This document shows positions 10,631 to 21,899 of a DNA stretch of 33,000 bases, in pieces. The position numbers were made by a program, and so were the translations under genes. The DNA is from Octopus sinensis (lineage: Eukaryota), in assembly GCF_006345805.1 (NCBI RefSeq), contig NC_042999.1:151032001-151065000 (forward strand). Direction: 5' to 3'. Under the pieces are notes generated by a model. That model did not search any database. It worked only from the letters and a program-made list of their open reading frames with translations, and was not told where the DNA came from. Numbering within the stretch: the stretch's first letter is position 1; each line of letters begins with the position of its first letter.

Positions 10631-11431
10631 CTATGCTGAAGCTTCCCTTTCATTATTACTAGTAATTTCCTGCTCACAATGGTCATATTCAATGAAAGAA
10701 ATCTTTAGATGCTCGCAGAACACACTCGAGAATCACTGCCCATACACATTACAGTAGATTTACGTAAAAAAAAACTTATCCAAATCTATTCATTCGTTAC
10801 GATACAGTTACATCATAATAATAATTAGTTTTATTATGATCATACATTTATAAATGGGAATATTTGAGATGCTGTAATGTTTGTTTTCTTTAAATTTTGT
10901 GTGAAAAATGAATGAAAAAACGCAAAACTGGTTCTCAAATTCGACTTCTAGTCATGGCTCACCAAAGTCAGACATGTTTTTTTTCTATGCCACTCACAAT
11001 TAATAAGATAAATTATAATAATTATCCAATTCAGGATATAATTGGTGAAACGTTTACTCCAAATTACTGCAGACATCGTTATTTTGTTTTAGGGCACAAT
11101 AACAGGATTAACTGTTGTATCGTTTGCTATCTCGACACATTTAAAATTTACATTCGAAATAGCTTATGTTTGCATCACCAGTTTCATGGATTCTCCCATA
11201 TCCACCCTGGAATCGTACAGGCTGAACGCTACACAATGAGGGGATCTGTGTCATGTAGGAATTACTCACAAGGTGGGAATATTGGGGATTCATAAAAAAT
11301 ACCCTTTAAAATGCAGGTTAGCCCGCTGTTTGGTGTGAGCAAACGTCGGTTTGTTTGCATGTGTCCATTGCTTCATGGTTTGACGATAGAAACTAGCTGT
11401 GGTACAGTAGGGTCCTCGACTTAGCCCCTAC

Positions 11432-11565
11432 CATTGAGAAATTGTTCTTGTTCATCTTTGCAGGCTTTTATAATGTTGAAATAGTATTTCAACATGGTCC
11501 CGCGAACGGCCACATCTATTACAACGAAGATAGCCATTTTTCCATAATTCGAAACATTAGAAATT
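11432..11565 (-). other. Candidate 134-bp exon (phase 2-1)
   Basis: Pyrimidine-rich upstream, TTCAG| acceptor, G|GTAGGG donor; open frame ISNVSNYGKMAIFVVIDVAVRGTMLKYYFNIIKACKDEQEQFLN; no recognised homology. Confidence 0.25.
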
Positions 11566-12414
11566 CTGAATTTAAATTAAGGAATTATAAAGAAAAAGAT
11601 GCTTAATACGAAGTTCTCAAAATTTCTAGGCTTTGGTAATCATGTATGGTACTATTTCATTCTCTTAAGAAATTATCAGAATGATATAACCTGTGATTAT
11701 TAAATATTTCATTTTACTGATTTACAAAAAGATTTTGATTTTTGTTTTGAGGTGGTGGGATGGTTCATTGGTAATTTGTTTCAAGGGAGTGAACAGTATT
11801 TGGCTTCTGACATGATTGTGCTACCTTCTAGTGGTCTCTGCAGAGGTGATATGATAAAATTATTTTCATTGTCGGTAACCACGTTAAAGATGCAGATTTA
11901 ATGTCTCGCTGTCATCGTGCATTCATTAAATTACTCTAATGACCCCGAAGGAGAAATCAGCCAAGATTCAATGATGCTGAACTTGGAGGAAGAAAGAAAG
12001 AAAGGGAAAAAACAGAGCAATCTAAACCCGCTATCTGGACATGGTCATTTAAAAAAAAATCATGTCAAATTACTATAAATCAAGGCGTGTAGGGGGTACA
12101 AAATGACGATTCATCCTTGTTGAAAATTTCTGTAAATAGCTATTCGTGCTGAGTAACTGTTCAAACTGACATTTATTTCCGGCAGTTTCTTTGTGAGACT
12201 AATTGCTGAGATAGTTTTTCAGTTCATTCCTAATATTTCTTTTTTTTATATCTCGCTACTAATTCTTCATTGCTCTTATAAACCTGTAACGAACGGAAGC
12301 CCAAGAGATTCTCTTCCCTGCTACCCATGCCATTCAGGCACTTATTATCTTATTATTTACACGATTTCATTGCGTTATATCAAAAAATATTTCGTTCAGA
12401 TATTGAAAATATAC

Positions 12415-12785
12415 AGACGCAGGTATGGCAGTGTGGTTAAGACGCTTGCTTTGCAACCACATGACTTCAGGTTCACATCCACTGCACAATACCCGAGGCA
12501 AGTGTCCTCTTCTACAGCTCCGGATCGACCAATGTCTTTTGAGTGAATGTAATAGACGGAAACTGTGGAACCCTGTCGTATATATGTGTATCTGTCTTTG
12601 TGGTTGTCTCCCACCATTGCTTGACAAACGGTGGTTTGTTTACGGCCTCAACAAAAGAAACTGCTAGAATATGTACCAGACTTTAAAAAAAACAAGTACT
12701 TGAGACGATTGTTCGACTAAAACCTGCCAAGGTCGTGCCTCAGCATGACCGCAGTCCAATGACTAACACAAGTAAAAGATAAAAA
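12415..12785 (+). mobile_element. Diverged full-length SINE family B
   Basis: AGACGCAGGTATGGCAGTGTGGTT head, GGCAAGTGTCCTCTTCT core, tail GACTAACACAAGTAAAAG; many substitutions relative to the younger copies. Confidence 0.8.
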
Positions 12786-13051
12786 ATATAAGATATAGCG
12801 AATTACTTAACAACCATCACTCCACACGATATCATTACAACACATGCATTGTGACCAGTGAACAAGTGTTCGAAAGGAAAGTCGCCTTTTACAAAACAGT
12901 TTAGAAGCTAAAAAAAATGGAGAAATATAGCTTAAAAATCCTAAGAGCACGTTATTTTGACCTTAATAGTCTTAAATACAAAATCATAATTAAGCTAAGG
13001 TTGTTTCAAGAATACATTTCTGGTTATTGAATGCAAACATGAATATTGTTA

Positions 13052-13110
<59 letters not shown>

Positions 13111-13589
13111 GGCTGCCAGGTAGATGGATAAAGATGTTTCCGACGATTAAAAATGATCGATAAACTTGATTGGTCGACTGTATCCGACAGAAGGACGAAT
13201 GAAAATGTTTTGCACTCTTTGACCTATATTTTGGGTCTGAAGAACAGTAGAGAATGGTTGAAAGAAATAATAGGATGGTGGAAATATGGAAGATAGGGGA
13301 CAGAGAAAGAGGGAGAGAGAGAAGTGAATGAAGAAAGGGAGAGAAGCACTTGATGCTTTAGAACAGTAAAGATGGCTGAGAGAGAGAGGCCGAGAAGAGA
13401 GAGAGAGAGAGAAATTGACTGAGAGCTGACAAAAGTAGAGCAAGAGGGGTGTAGATAAAGAAGCAGTAGGATTTTCTGGTGAGAATGGTTGCTGGAAACC
13501 CAGCAGGACTAAAAACAAGACTTGTCAAAGGGACGGATGGACCTGTTGTAGGCTCAACGACTTTCTAGCAATAATATGGGTCCTCGAAA

Positions 13590-13990
13590 GCGGCGAGCTG
13601 GCAGAAACGTTAGCACGCCGGGCGAAATGCGTAGCCGTATTTCGTCTGCCGCTACGTTCTGAGTTCAAATTCCGCCGAGGTCGACTTTGCCTTTCATCCT
13701 TTCGGGGTCGATTAAATAAGTACCAGTTACGCACCGACGTCGATATAACCGACTTAATCCGTTTGTCTGTCCTTGTTTGTCCTTTCTGTGTTTAGCCCCT
13801 TTATGGGTAGTAAAGAAATAGGTATTTCGTCTGTCTTTACGTTCTGAGTTCAAATTCCGCCGAGGTCGACTTTGCCTTTCATCCTTTCTGGGTCGATAAA
13901 TTAAGTACCAGTTGCGTACTGGGGTCGATTTAATCGATTGGCCCCCATCCCCTCAAAATTTCGGGCCTTGTGCCTAGAGTAGAAAAGAAT
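13590..13990 (+). mobile_element. SINE family A, dimeric form, with target-site duplication
   Basis: Head GCGGCGAGCTGGCAGAAACG, two modules, tail GCCTAGAGTAGAAAAG; flanks AATATGGGTCCTC (13573-13585) and AATATGGGCCCTC (13988-14000), 12/13 identical. Confidence 0.92.
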
Positions 13991-14755
13991 ATGGGCCCTC
14001 AGAAATTCTGGGTTAGTGTTTGACATGCTGGAAAACCACTGGAGGAAAGCACCCCTCAGCTTTTGTTAAAGCTTGTCTCTACGAGGTCATTCTGATATAA
14101 AACCAAATACGCGAGGAATGGCATTGAAATTTGGGAGATCTTTTACTTGAACTTATGATCATGGCGTAATCAAATTCCTGATCCTGCGACATATATTAGC
14201 ACAGGATATCTTGACCTGGTTTGTCTCTGGGTTATGTCAATAGGGTGGAGAGTGTCTCTGAGGTGTTGTGCAGGACCTAGTCGCTGGTGAGGTAACTTTC
14301 TGATGCCCGGTCGAGTAGTAGGGTCCCGCAGCAAGCATGAAAGCCTTGAACCCGGACCGGATGATGCCGAGTGTGGGTGCAATGTTAACTAGCAAGGGCA
14401 GTGATGATATTTTGCATGGTCTTCCTCGGTGGTGAGTGGACACACACAGATGATAATTGATTGATATCAATTTCTACCCTCATTATTTAATTCAAAATAG
14501 CAATGTTCCCCAACCGGTAAATTAACTGGGGTAATTTATTACCTGCAGGGTTATTTCCGGCACTAACGCGCCAAAATGAAGACATGAGTTTTCTTTCGGG
14601 TGAACGTTTCTGTGTATAGTTCTGTGAAATATGTTTTGAAATACGGCAGACTACGCTGAGGAGTTACAGATATTGGCATTATGCACTTGTATTTAGTTAA
14701 CGAAATCCTGATACGTAGGTAATCGTTTTATTTTGTATATTTTCATTTGTCTTAC

Positions 14756-14872
14756 TTATTTTTACAATCTGGCGTTTGCTGAGATTTTTTTTTCTTGAGA
14801 ACACACTCTTCATGGTAAGGCGATTTGACGTCTATCTTCAGCATATAGGAATCCACGTTAGTGGTCATTCCA
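14756..14872 (-). other. Candidate 117-bp exon (phase 2-2)
   Basis: Donor AA|GTAAGA, acceptor TAAG|; open frame GMTTNVDSYMLKIDVKSPYHEECVLKKKKSQQTPDCKN; no recognised homology. Confidence 0.3.
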
Positions 14873-14883
14873 CTTATTAATTG

Positions 14884-14929
<46 letters not shown>

Positions 14930-16005
14930 GTGACTGATAGCCGATTCCGACGAAGGAGCTTACTGTGATATTTGCAATCTGCACAATATGCTGAATCCAT
15001 ATTTTATCAAAAACTCATATAAGGCCGGTTTCCCGGATTCTGTGAGGTTCGATTTGTTCGATCAAACCTTTCAAAATTGTACCACGACAAGGGGTAACTA
15101 AAACAAAAGAGCTAAAGAGTAAAAGAATAAAGCGTAACCAGACATTGCAAGTAATTTTGTCCAATGTTTCTCTGGCGATTCTTCAACTGCACATGTTGAA
15201 TATTTTAAACATCTTGAGATATTCAAGCTCTTTACTAAAGTTCTAAGATAGCCACCATGTACAAAGAACATCGCTTGCAGCTAGCTTCATACTGTCACTC
15301 TGTAGTACGATATCTTATCAACTGTGAGGCTATTGAATGACAATTTCTAATAACTTAATATACGGTTTTATATCAGTGTATTTAGTTTTGATGCGAAATT
15401 AGGCAGCATGGCTAGATAACAGAGGTTTTGGCGACCCGGAATGAAAAATGAATCGACTGGTTTCGTTTTCTTTACAACACATTCTCGATTCGTACTCATA
15501 TCCCTCCCCCTCCCAAATAAAAAACAAACAGCCGAACAATTGTAACGCATATATCTATTATATTAAAGTGCTAACAGTAAATTCCTGTGGCGTTAACAAT
15601 CTCTCACGCTGTGAACAGAGGGTTGTACAAGCGTGTGATTTTGCGCGGTAGAGAAAGAGGGGTTATTCAAATGAAGGCTACTTGCACGTGTTCAAACACA
15701 CACGCGCACACACATGCGAATACTATTGGTGCACACACACACATATATTCGCACACAGACGACAATTATCTGTGTGTGTGAATAGATGTGAGCGAGAATG
15801 TAGTGGAGAGGAATTATGTGTATATGTGCGCATGCCACCAGCGTTCGTATATATGGGAACTAAAAGAGGACTTTCACTAGTGTCTACCATAAAGTTATAA
15901 ATTAGCAAAATATTCCATTTCATTCTATTTTAGTAGTTTCATTCATTTGTTAAATTTATCATGTATATTTTATTGAGTTGGATTTATATATATATATATA
16001 TATAT

Positions 16006-16268
16006 AGTGTATAAAGGTATATACACACAAAGATAAGCCCTCTGATAGGACTTCTTACATGCTAGAAAGGGCAGTTAAATCCAACCACAAAAAAATAATT
16101 CAAAAGGCACACCGATAAAGCGTTAGAATGAAAGGAATTATTTTTTAGTTAATCTCATACTCGAGTTTCCCTATGAATTATTTTTTCGTGGTTGGGTTTA
16201 ACTGCCCTTTCTAGCATGTAAGAAGTCCTGCCAGAAGGCTTCTCTGTGTGTGTATACCTTTATACACT
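16006..16268. mobile_element. Foldback/MITE-like element with ~95-bp terminal inverted arms
   Basis: Arms 16006-16102 and 16174-16268 are reverse complements, including a perfect 33-bp block AGGACTTCTTACATGCTAGAAAGGGCAGTTAAA; 71-bp spacer. Confidence 0.85.
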
Positions 16269-16399
16269 TTATATTTGAAAATATGTTTGTCTTATGACTT
16301 TTATCACGTATGCGAACCACTAGTAATAAATCATTCTAATTTTTCCCCTCATGATTTATACAATATATATATATATATATATATAGATGCGATAAACGG

Positions 16400-16560
16400 A
16401 GAAGCGGTGACGAGTGACATTTTTCCTCGTAACCCTCTCTATCAAAGAGCATAGGCTCGAAACGTCAAACACGTTTCCATTCTTCCCAAGCGGCAAACTA
16501 ATACACCTACTTGTTCCTTCACCTGTTTTTGTCTTTTATTTTCTGTACATTTGAACCATG
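16400..16560 (+). mobile_element. Probable PLE terminal fragment with degenerate hammerhead
   Basis: CTATCAA-A-GAGC(ATAG)GCTC-GAAA-CGTC at 16439-16466; same stem II layout as 28245-28271; first half of the core is mutated. Confidence 0.4.
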
Positions 16561-16900
16561 TATATATAACCCACTTCCCACAAAATTACTGGCTTTGTGC
16601 CAAAAGTAAGAAAGAATTATAAACGATCAGTTAATTCATTCCAGAATGTATAGCGAAAAGGAAGTCAGTTGACATAATGCTTTAAAGGGTCAGCATTTGA
16701 TGTATTTATTTCGTGTTTTCAGTGATAAACTCAAGGTCACCCTTGGAAAACCACAGTACCGTATAAGCTTCTTACCCCATTTTTTCATATAAAAAAATTA
16801 TAAATTACAACTCTATATAGTTTACAACGAAATTGGCCATGTGTGCGCACATACACAAACACGTACATGCACATACATGTATTATGTATGTATGTACATC

Positions 16901-16997
16901 ATTGTTCAGTTATTTTTCAAGATTTCTTGCCAATAAAGAGCCGGTTTCTAACCTAGATTCAAGGATCCTTCATTGCAATTTCAACATCAACAACAGG

Positions 16998-17041
<44 letters not shown>

Positions 17042-17140
17042 TTATTCAGTTTTATTTCAAGATTTCTTGCCTATAGAGAGCCGGTTTCTGACCTAGATTC
17101 AAGGATCCTTCATTGGAATTTCAACATCAACAACAGGGTA
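16901..17140 (+). repeat. Tandem duplication of the ~100-bp LINE 3' terminus separated by (TATG)n
   Basis: 16901-17000 and 17041-17140 align with few substitutions; 17001-17040 is (TATG)n. Confidence 0.92.
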
Positions 17141-17643
17141 TTTTTGTATGTATGTATATGTTGTGCAGATTTGTATATTTTGCTTTATGTATGTCTTCTC
17201 ATGCATATTAGTTGCATATCTAGACAGGCTCATATATATTTAAATACTAAACTTCAGGAAAGTTTTACAGTTCCAGCGATGGACTAGATCTGTAGCCTTC
17301 AAATTAGCTTTCTCCTTTCTTGTTTTAAGAAGCCTAATTTCCCAAGATTGATACTTAGGCAGTGTATTACACATCTCAGGACCCCAACAATTACGGGCAT
17401 AAACCTGAACTTGTAACCTGGATAGAGTAACTGCAGATTTCTCAAAAGTTCAGCGTAGGTATTCCCTTTTTCACTGATATTCAGCTTTATGTTAACATCC
17501 GCTGGGTAGCTAATTTTCATAATTTCTCTATCCCAAATCATTATATCAGGTCTGTTGTGCTTACATTTAATTGAAGTCTCCACTGGAACATCCCACCAGT
17601 ATTCCTTTTTATTATGAGTGGCTATGGCTTCCACCATACTGTG
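16901..17643 (-). mobile_element. 5'-truncated R4/Dong-like (RLE-type) non-LTR retrotransposon
   Basis: ORF 17299-17637 has YWWDVPVETSIKCKHNRPDIMIWD...YPADVNI..EKGNTYAELL...PVIVGVL, the PD-(D/E)xK restriction-like endonuclease C-terminus; then 3' UTR, (TACA)n tail and a duplicated 3' terminus. Confidence 0.88.
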
Positions 17644-17855
17644 ATGTATGTATGTATGTTAGTAGGTAGGTTGCCAGCCAAGCAGTCTATTAATCTCGAA
17701 AGATGTTTCAAATCAGTCGTGTAATCCGGCTATTTAAGTAAAAATCTTTGATGGAATCGTAATTCTAGCAATATGAAAATGTAATGTTTTGAGACAGACG
17801 TCAGCGAAAGCCGTCAACATCGCATATGTTTATGTGAGTTTGTATTTATAGAGAG

Positions 17856-17895
<40 letters not shown>

Positions 17896-19124
17896 CACAC
17901 ACATATTTGTATACACCTACATACACGCACACATATACACTCACATATTTATCTATACACACATGTATATGCACTCACACACATGCATACACACACACAC
18001 ACACACACATATATAGCCGCGTGACGTTCTGACTAATATGACGGGATTAAGATATAAATTGATTAATGAACAACGAACGATATGGAAGCTACTAGCTGAA
18101 GTGTCACGTGTCAAGCAGAGCTAGATTATGTTCATGCTGCGTTTTATACGAAGGACTTAATTCCCAGCAGATTCTGGAGAAAATATCTTCCCTATCAACT
18201 ATATCAATACTTTGAGCATATCCTGTGACGACTTCCTGTTTGACTTTGCCTACGATGCATTAGTTATTAAAATCAATTTAAATGTGTCAAAAATACCCAA
18301 ATGTAAACTGAAGAATATATATAGGTCTTCGTTTTTGTCGCATAAAAATACGGTGAAAAAAAGTTCGTGTTGGCTAAGCGACAAGACCTAGATTTTATTT
18401 AATTCACATAGGCTTGCTTTTTATTTCCTTTTTTTTTTGTCTCAGGAAAAATGATTCGTTTCGGCTGTTGCTGCTTGAACAATAAAATACTTTAGGACTT
18501 CCAAGGCATTAGTGGAGCTATTTGCTCTAATTAAGGATGAAAGCTGAGCTGTAGTCACAGCTCTGCTGGAGTTTATTCTTTGTTCTACTATTGTTGCATC
18601 GAACATTAATTTCTTATGTTACAAGAGGTATGAGTCGCAAGACTGTTTAAATCGATTTCCCACAATAGTATTGGGATTTATATTGTCAATCTGGAGGGTT
18701 GAAAGGTATAGAAAGGAATATCAATGAAATTCGAACTTAGAATATAAAATGACATGAAAACATCTAAACTGAAACTCTATAGTTTATGCCTCATGAGTGC
18801 CTTCCCTGAATCTAATATAGCGAAATAAGGCTTTCGGTTGATTTGGCTCTTGGCATGTATTTTTAGATAAACAAGGAGACAGTCTGACTGAAACGACACC
18901 AATATATTACGTATTTTTCCATGTCACTTTGTAGTTTGAGTTATAAGTTCCGTCAAGGCTAACTTTTGTTTGTCATCTTTCCGAGGTAGTGTTACCATAT
19001 TTTTAAATATGCAACCGGAACAGGAAAGGATCTCAGTTTACATATCCAAAATACAAACACAAACACACACACACGCACGCACGCACACCATACATCTTTT
19101 ATATTCGAGAATAAGAGTTATTTA

Positions 19125-19365
19125 TGGTAAAGGATGGTGGCTAAGGCGTTGCTCACACGATCGCAAGATCGCGGTTTCAACTCACAGACCGAGAGTTGTA
19201 TTATGTTCGCGTGCAAAACACTTCATTTTACGTTGTTCCAGCTGTAAATGAGCTCCAGCAATAGCTAGGAAGTTAACCCCGCAGAAGACCGGCGTCCCAT
19301 CCAGGGGTGGTGTTATCAGTAATATGTTATGAAAACCATGTTAAGCTCCGGTCATATGGGTCTTA
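19125..19365 (+). mobile_element. Old SINE related to family D
   Basis: GGTGGCTAAGGCG head, GGTTTCAACTC B-box-like, AACCCCGCAGAAGACCGGCGTCCCATCCAGGGG...GAAAACC..TAAGCTCCGG central/3' domain. Confidence 0.6.
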
Positions 19366-19454
19366 AGATTCATGTTAGACCAAAGCTTAAGTAAGTAATA
19401 ACTATTAGCGATAGAAGCAGGATAAATATCAAAAGGTAATATTTGTCCCAACTA

Positions 19455-19670
19455 ACGCGGCGAGCTGGCAGAATCGTTAGCACACCGGGCAAAATTCTTA
19501 GAAGCATTTCGTCCGTCTTTACGTTCTGAGTTCAAAACCCACCGAGGTCCACTTTGCCTTTTATCCTTTCGGGGTCGATAAAATAAGTACCAGTTGAACA
19601 CGGGTCAATCTAATTGATCAGCTCCCTCTTCCGGACTTGCTGGCCTTCTACCAAAATTTGAAAGCAATAT
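19455..19670 (+). mobile_element. SINE family A monomer
   Basis: GCGGCGAGCTGGCAGAATCGTTAGCAC head, single module, diverged tail. Confidence 0.85.
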
Positions 19671-19790
19671 TTATCCCCGACTTAAAAGTGGTACCATGAG
19701 AGAACCTCTCATATGGACTTGTGGCGAGTGTAAGCATTCATGTTTATATCGCCAGCGAGAGATCATCGTCTGCCATCGCTGAAAGTACTA

Positions 19791-20167
19791 TCTCTCTCTA
19801 TATAAACGGCAGTTTGTCTGTGCGTGTTTCTGTGTGTCTGTTTTCTCGTACCCTCACCCTGACCACGGCTTTCAACCGATTCTGATGAAACTTGACACAC
19901 ACATAGCCCAATGTCATAATTCAAAACTAACGCAGCGAAAGTTTTGAAAAGTTCCCCCAGTTCTGAAAAAAATCGATAAATTCGACATGGGGTCAAGAAT
20001 CAGAAACACAAACTGTCTAGGGGACGCAACTCCACCTTTTTTTACTCTCAAAAAAAATTTACCATCATTTTTTTCCATTTTTTTGCTATTTTTTGGCTAT
20101 AACTCTCTAAAAATGCTTTATAGTTATTTCCCTTACAAACCTGAGTAACGCCGGGCGATACTGCTAG
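19791..20167 (+). mobile_element. Non-autonomous Helitron (377 bp)
   Basis: A|TC 5' end; 3' GC-rich subterminal motif GAGTAACGCCGGGCGATACTG followed by CTAG|T; inserted between A and T with no TSD; 3' region shared with 26459-27094. Confidence 0.85.
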
Positions 20168-20717
20168 TATTAAATAATTTATAAAAAAAAAACGTAAATT
20201 GGTTAAAATAAATTACTAAAGAACAAAACTCAGACACATGACTAACCCCTGTGTTATAAGTGTGTTGTTAGGTTTATTTATTTCAATGAAAATTGAATAA
20301 ACAAATTTTAGTCGTAAAAACTAAAAGATATTTAGAAAGTTACAGCTTTCAAAACAATTTAAGAACAAACTGGAAATTATTTATCATTTTTGAATTTAAA
20401 AATAATACTCTGAAACGGGAAAAAAAAATCACCGTCCTGAAGGGTCACCAAGAATGTCGGGATGTATCCTGGAAATCCGGGATGTATGGGCACACTGTTA
20501 CGGAAGTGCTGTAGCTTGGGCAGGGGCCATTGGAATTACTGCTCTGGGTGGAAAATTTTAAAAGCAAATCATGAAGTAGAAATAATTAAATATTGTGTCC
20601 TCCCCGCAATACTTGACTTGTTCTGGGCGCTAGCAACCCATTCTACGTCACTATATTCTGAGGTCGATAAAATAAAGCACCAGTCGGGCACTGGGGGTCA
20701 ATATAATCGACTGTTCC

Positions 20718-21107
20718 AAGGCGGCAAGCTGGCTGAATCGTTAGCACACCGGGTAAAATGCTTAGCGCCATCTCGTCCGTCTTCATATTCTGGGTTCAAA
20801 TTCCGCCGAGATCAACTTTGCCCTTCATACTTTCGAGGTCGATTAAATAGGTACCAGTTACGCACTGGGATCGATATAATCGACTTAATCCGTTTGCCTG
20901 TCCTGTGTTTAGCCTCTTGTGGGTAGTAAAGAAATAGGTATTTCGTTTGTCATTACGTTCTGAGTTCAAATTCCGCCGAGGTCGACTTTGCCTGTCATCC
21001 TTTCGAGGACGATAAATTATGTACCAGTTGTGTACTGGAGCTGACCTAATCGACTGGCTCTGCCCCCCCCCCAATTTCTGGCCTTGTGCCTTGAGTAGAA
21101 AATAATA
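20718..21107 (+). mobile_element. SINE family A dimer, preceded by a family A fragment (20652-20712)
   Basis: Head AAGGCGGCAAGCTGGCTGAATCG, two modules with linker, tail GCCTTGAGTAGAAAA. Confidence 0.88.
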
Positions 21108-21364
21108 TTTCTACAATTTAGTAATATGCCAAGATCTTCCGGTTCTTCCTTCTGTAGATCTTTCAAATCTTATTTTTCGCTTCTTTCTGTCTCACCTCAT
21201 CTAAATATTTAGTACCTAAATATTATGTAATTCGCCCTCTTTCAGTGCATCGTTGCCGTTTCGTGAGGATACGGTTTCTTGAAACGTTACCCAATTTCCT
21301 TCTCTTTATAGCAAATATGATACATTTATCAATGCCGATCTACTCACATCATTTCTGATGAAAA

Positions 21365-21669
21365 TAAGGCAGCGAGCTGACAGAATCGTAAACACACTGG
21401 ACGAAAGGCTTCGCGGTATTTCGCCTGTCGCTACGTTCTGAGTTCAAATTCCGCCGAGGTCGACTTACCGTTCATCCTTTCGGGATCGATAGATTAAGTA
21501 CCAGTTATGCACTGGGATCGATGTAATCGACTTAATCCCCTTGTCTGTCCTTGCTTGTCCCCTCTATGTTTAGCCCCTCGTGGGTAATAAAGAAATAGGT
21601 ATTTCGCCTGTCTTTACGTTCCGAGTTCAAATTCCGCCGAGGTCGACTTTGCCTTTCATACATCCATCC
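21365..21669 (+). mobile_element. SINE family A dimer, 3'-truncated in the second module
   Basis: Head AAGGCAGCGAGCTGACAGAATCG, linker, second module ends at a microsatellite. Confidence 0.88.
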
Positions 21670-21674
21670 TGTTG

Positions 21675-21728
<54 letters not shown>

Positions 21729-21791
21729 CGAACAATGAGAATTAGTGCTCAACACCGCATTATTGGATAAATATTCCCCATAAGGTGTATA

Positions 21792-21841
<50 letters not shown>

Positions 21842-21899
21842 CGTGTGTATGTATGTATATAAATAAATTTTACAATTTTATGTAGAGATTGTTAACTTT

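Noticed and set aside
10132-10757. Long ORFs (126-186 aa) in the ORF track
   Set aside because: Microsatellite read-through (CV/HT repeats); the same applies to ORFs at 7030-7431, 23989-24516 and 31223-31964
10912-11295. 127-aa plus-strand ORF
   Set aside because: No recognisable domain or convincing splice context; AT-rich composition
14000-14460. GC-richer segment that might be an old coding or TE relic on the minus strand
   Set aside because: Multiple stops in every frame and no motif I can name
18440-18630. Strong plus-strand acceptor (poly-T then CTCAG|G) with donor GAG|GTATGA
   Set aside because: All three plus frames stop early; could be non-coding but unsupported
20432-20500. GGGTCACC...CCGGGATGTATGGGCACAC resembling a hAT-type MITE end
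   Set aside because: Too short and degenerate; no TSD or second terminus
20462-20926. 154-aa plus-strand ORF
   Set aside because: Runs mostly through SINE family A sequence
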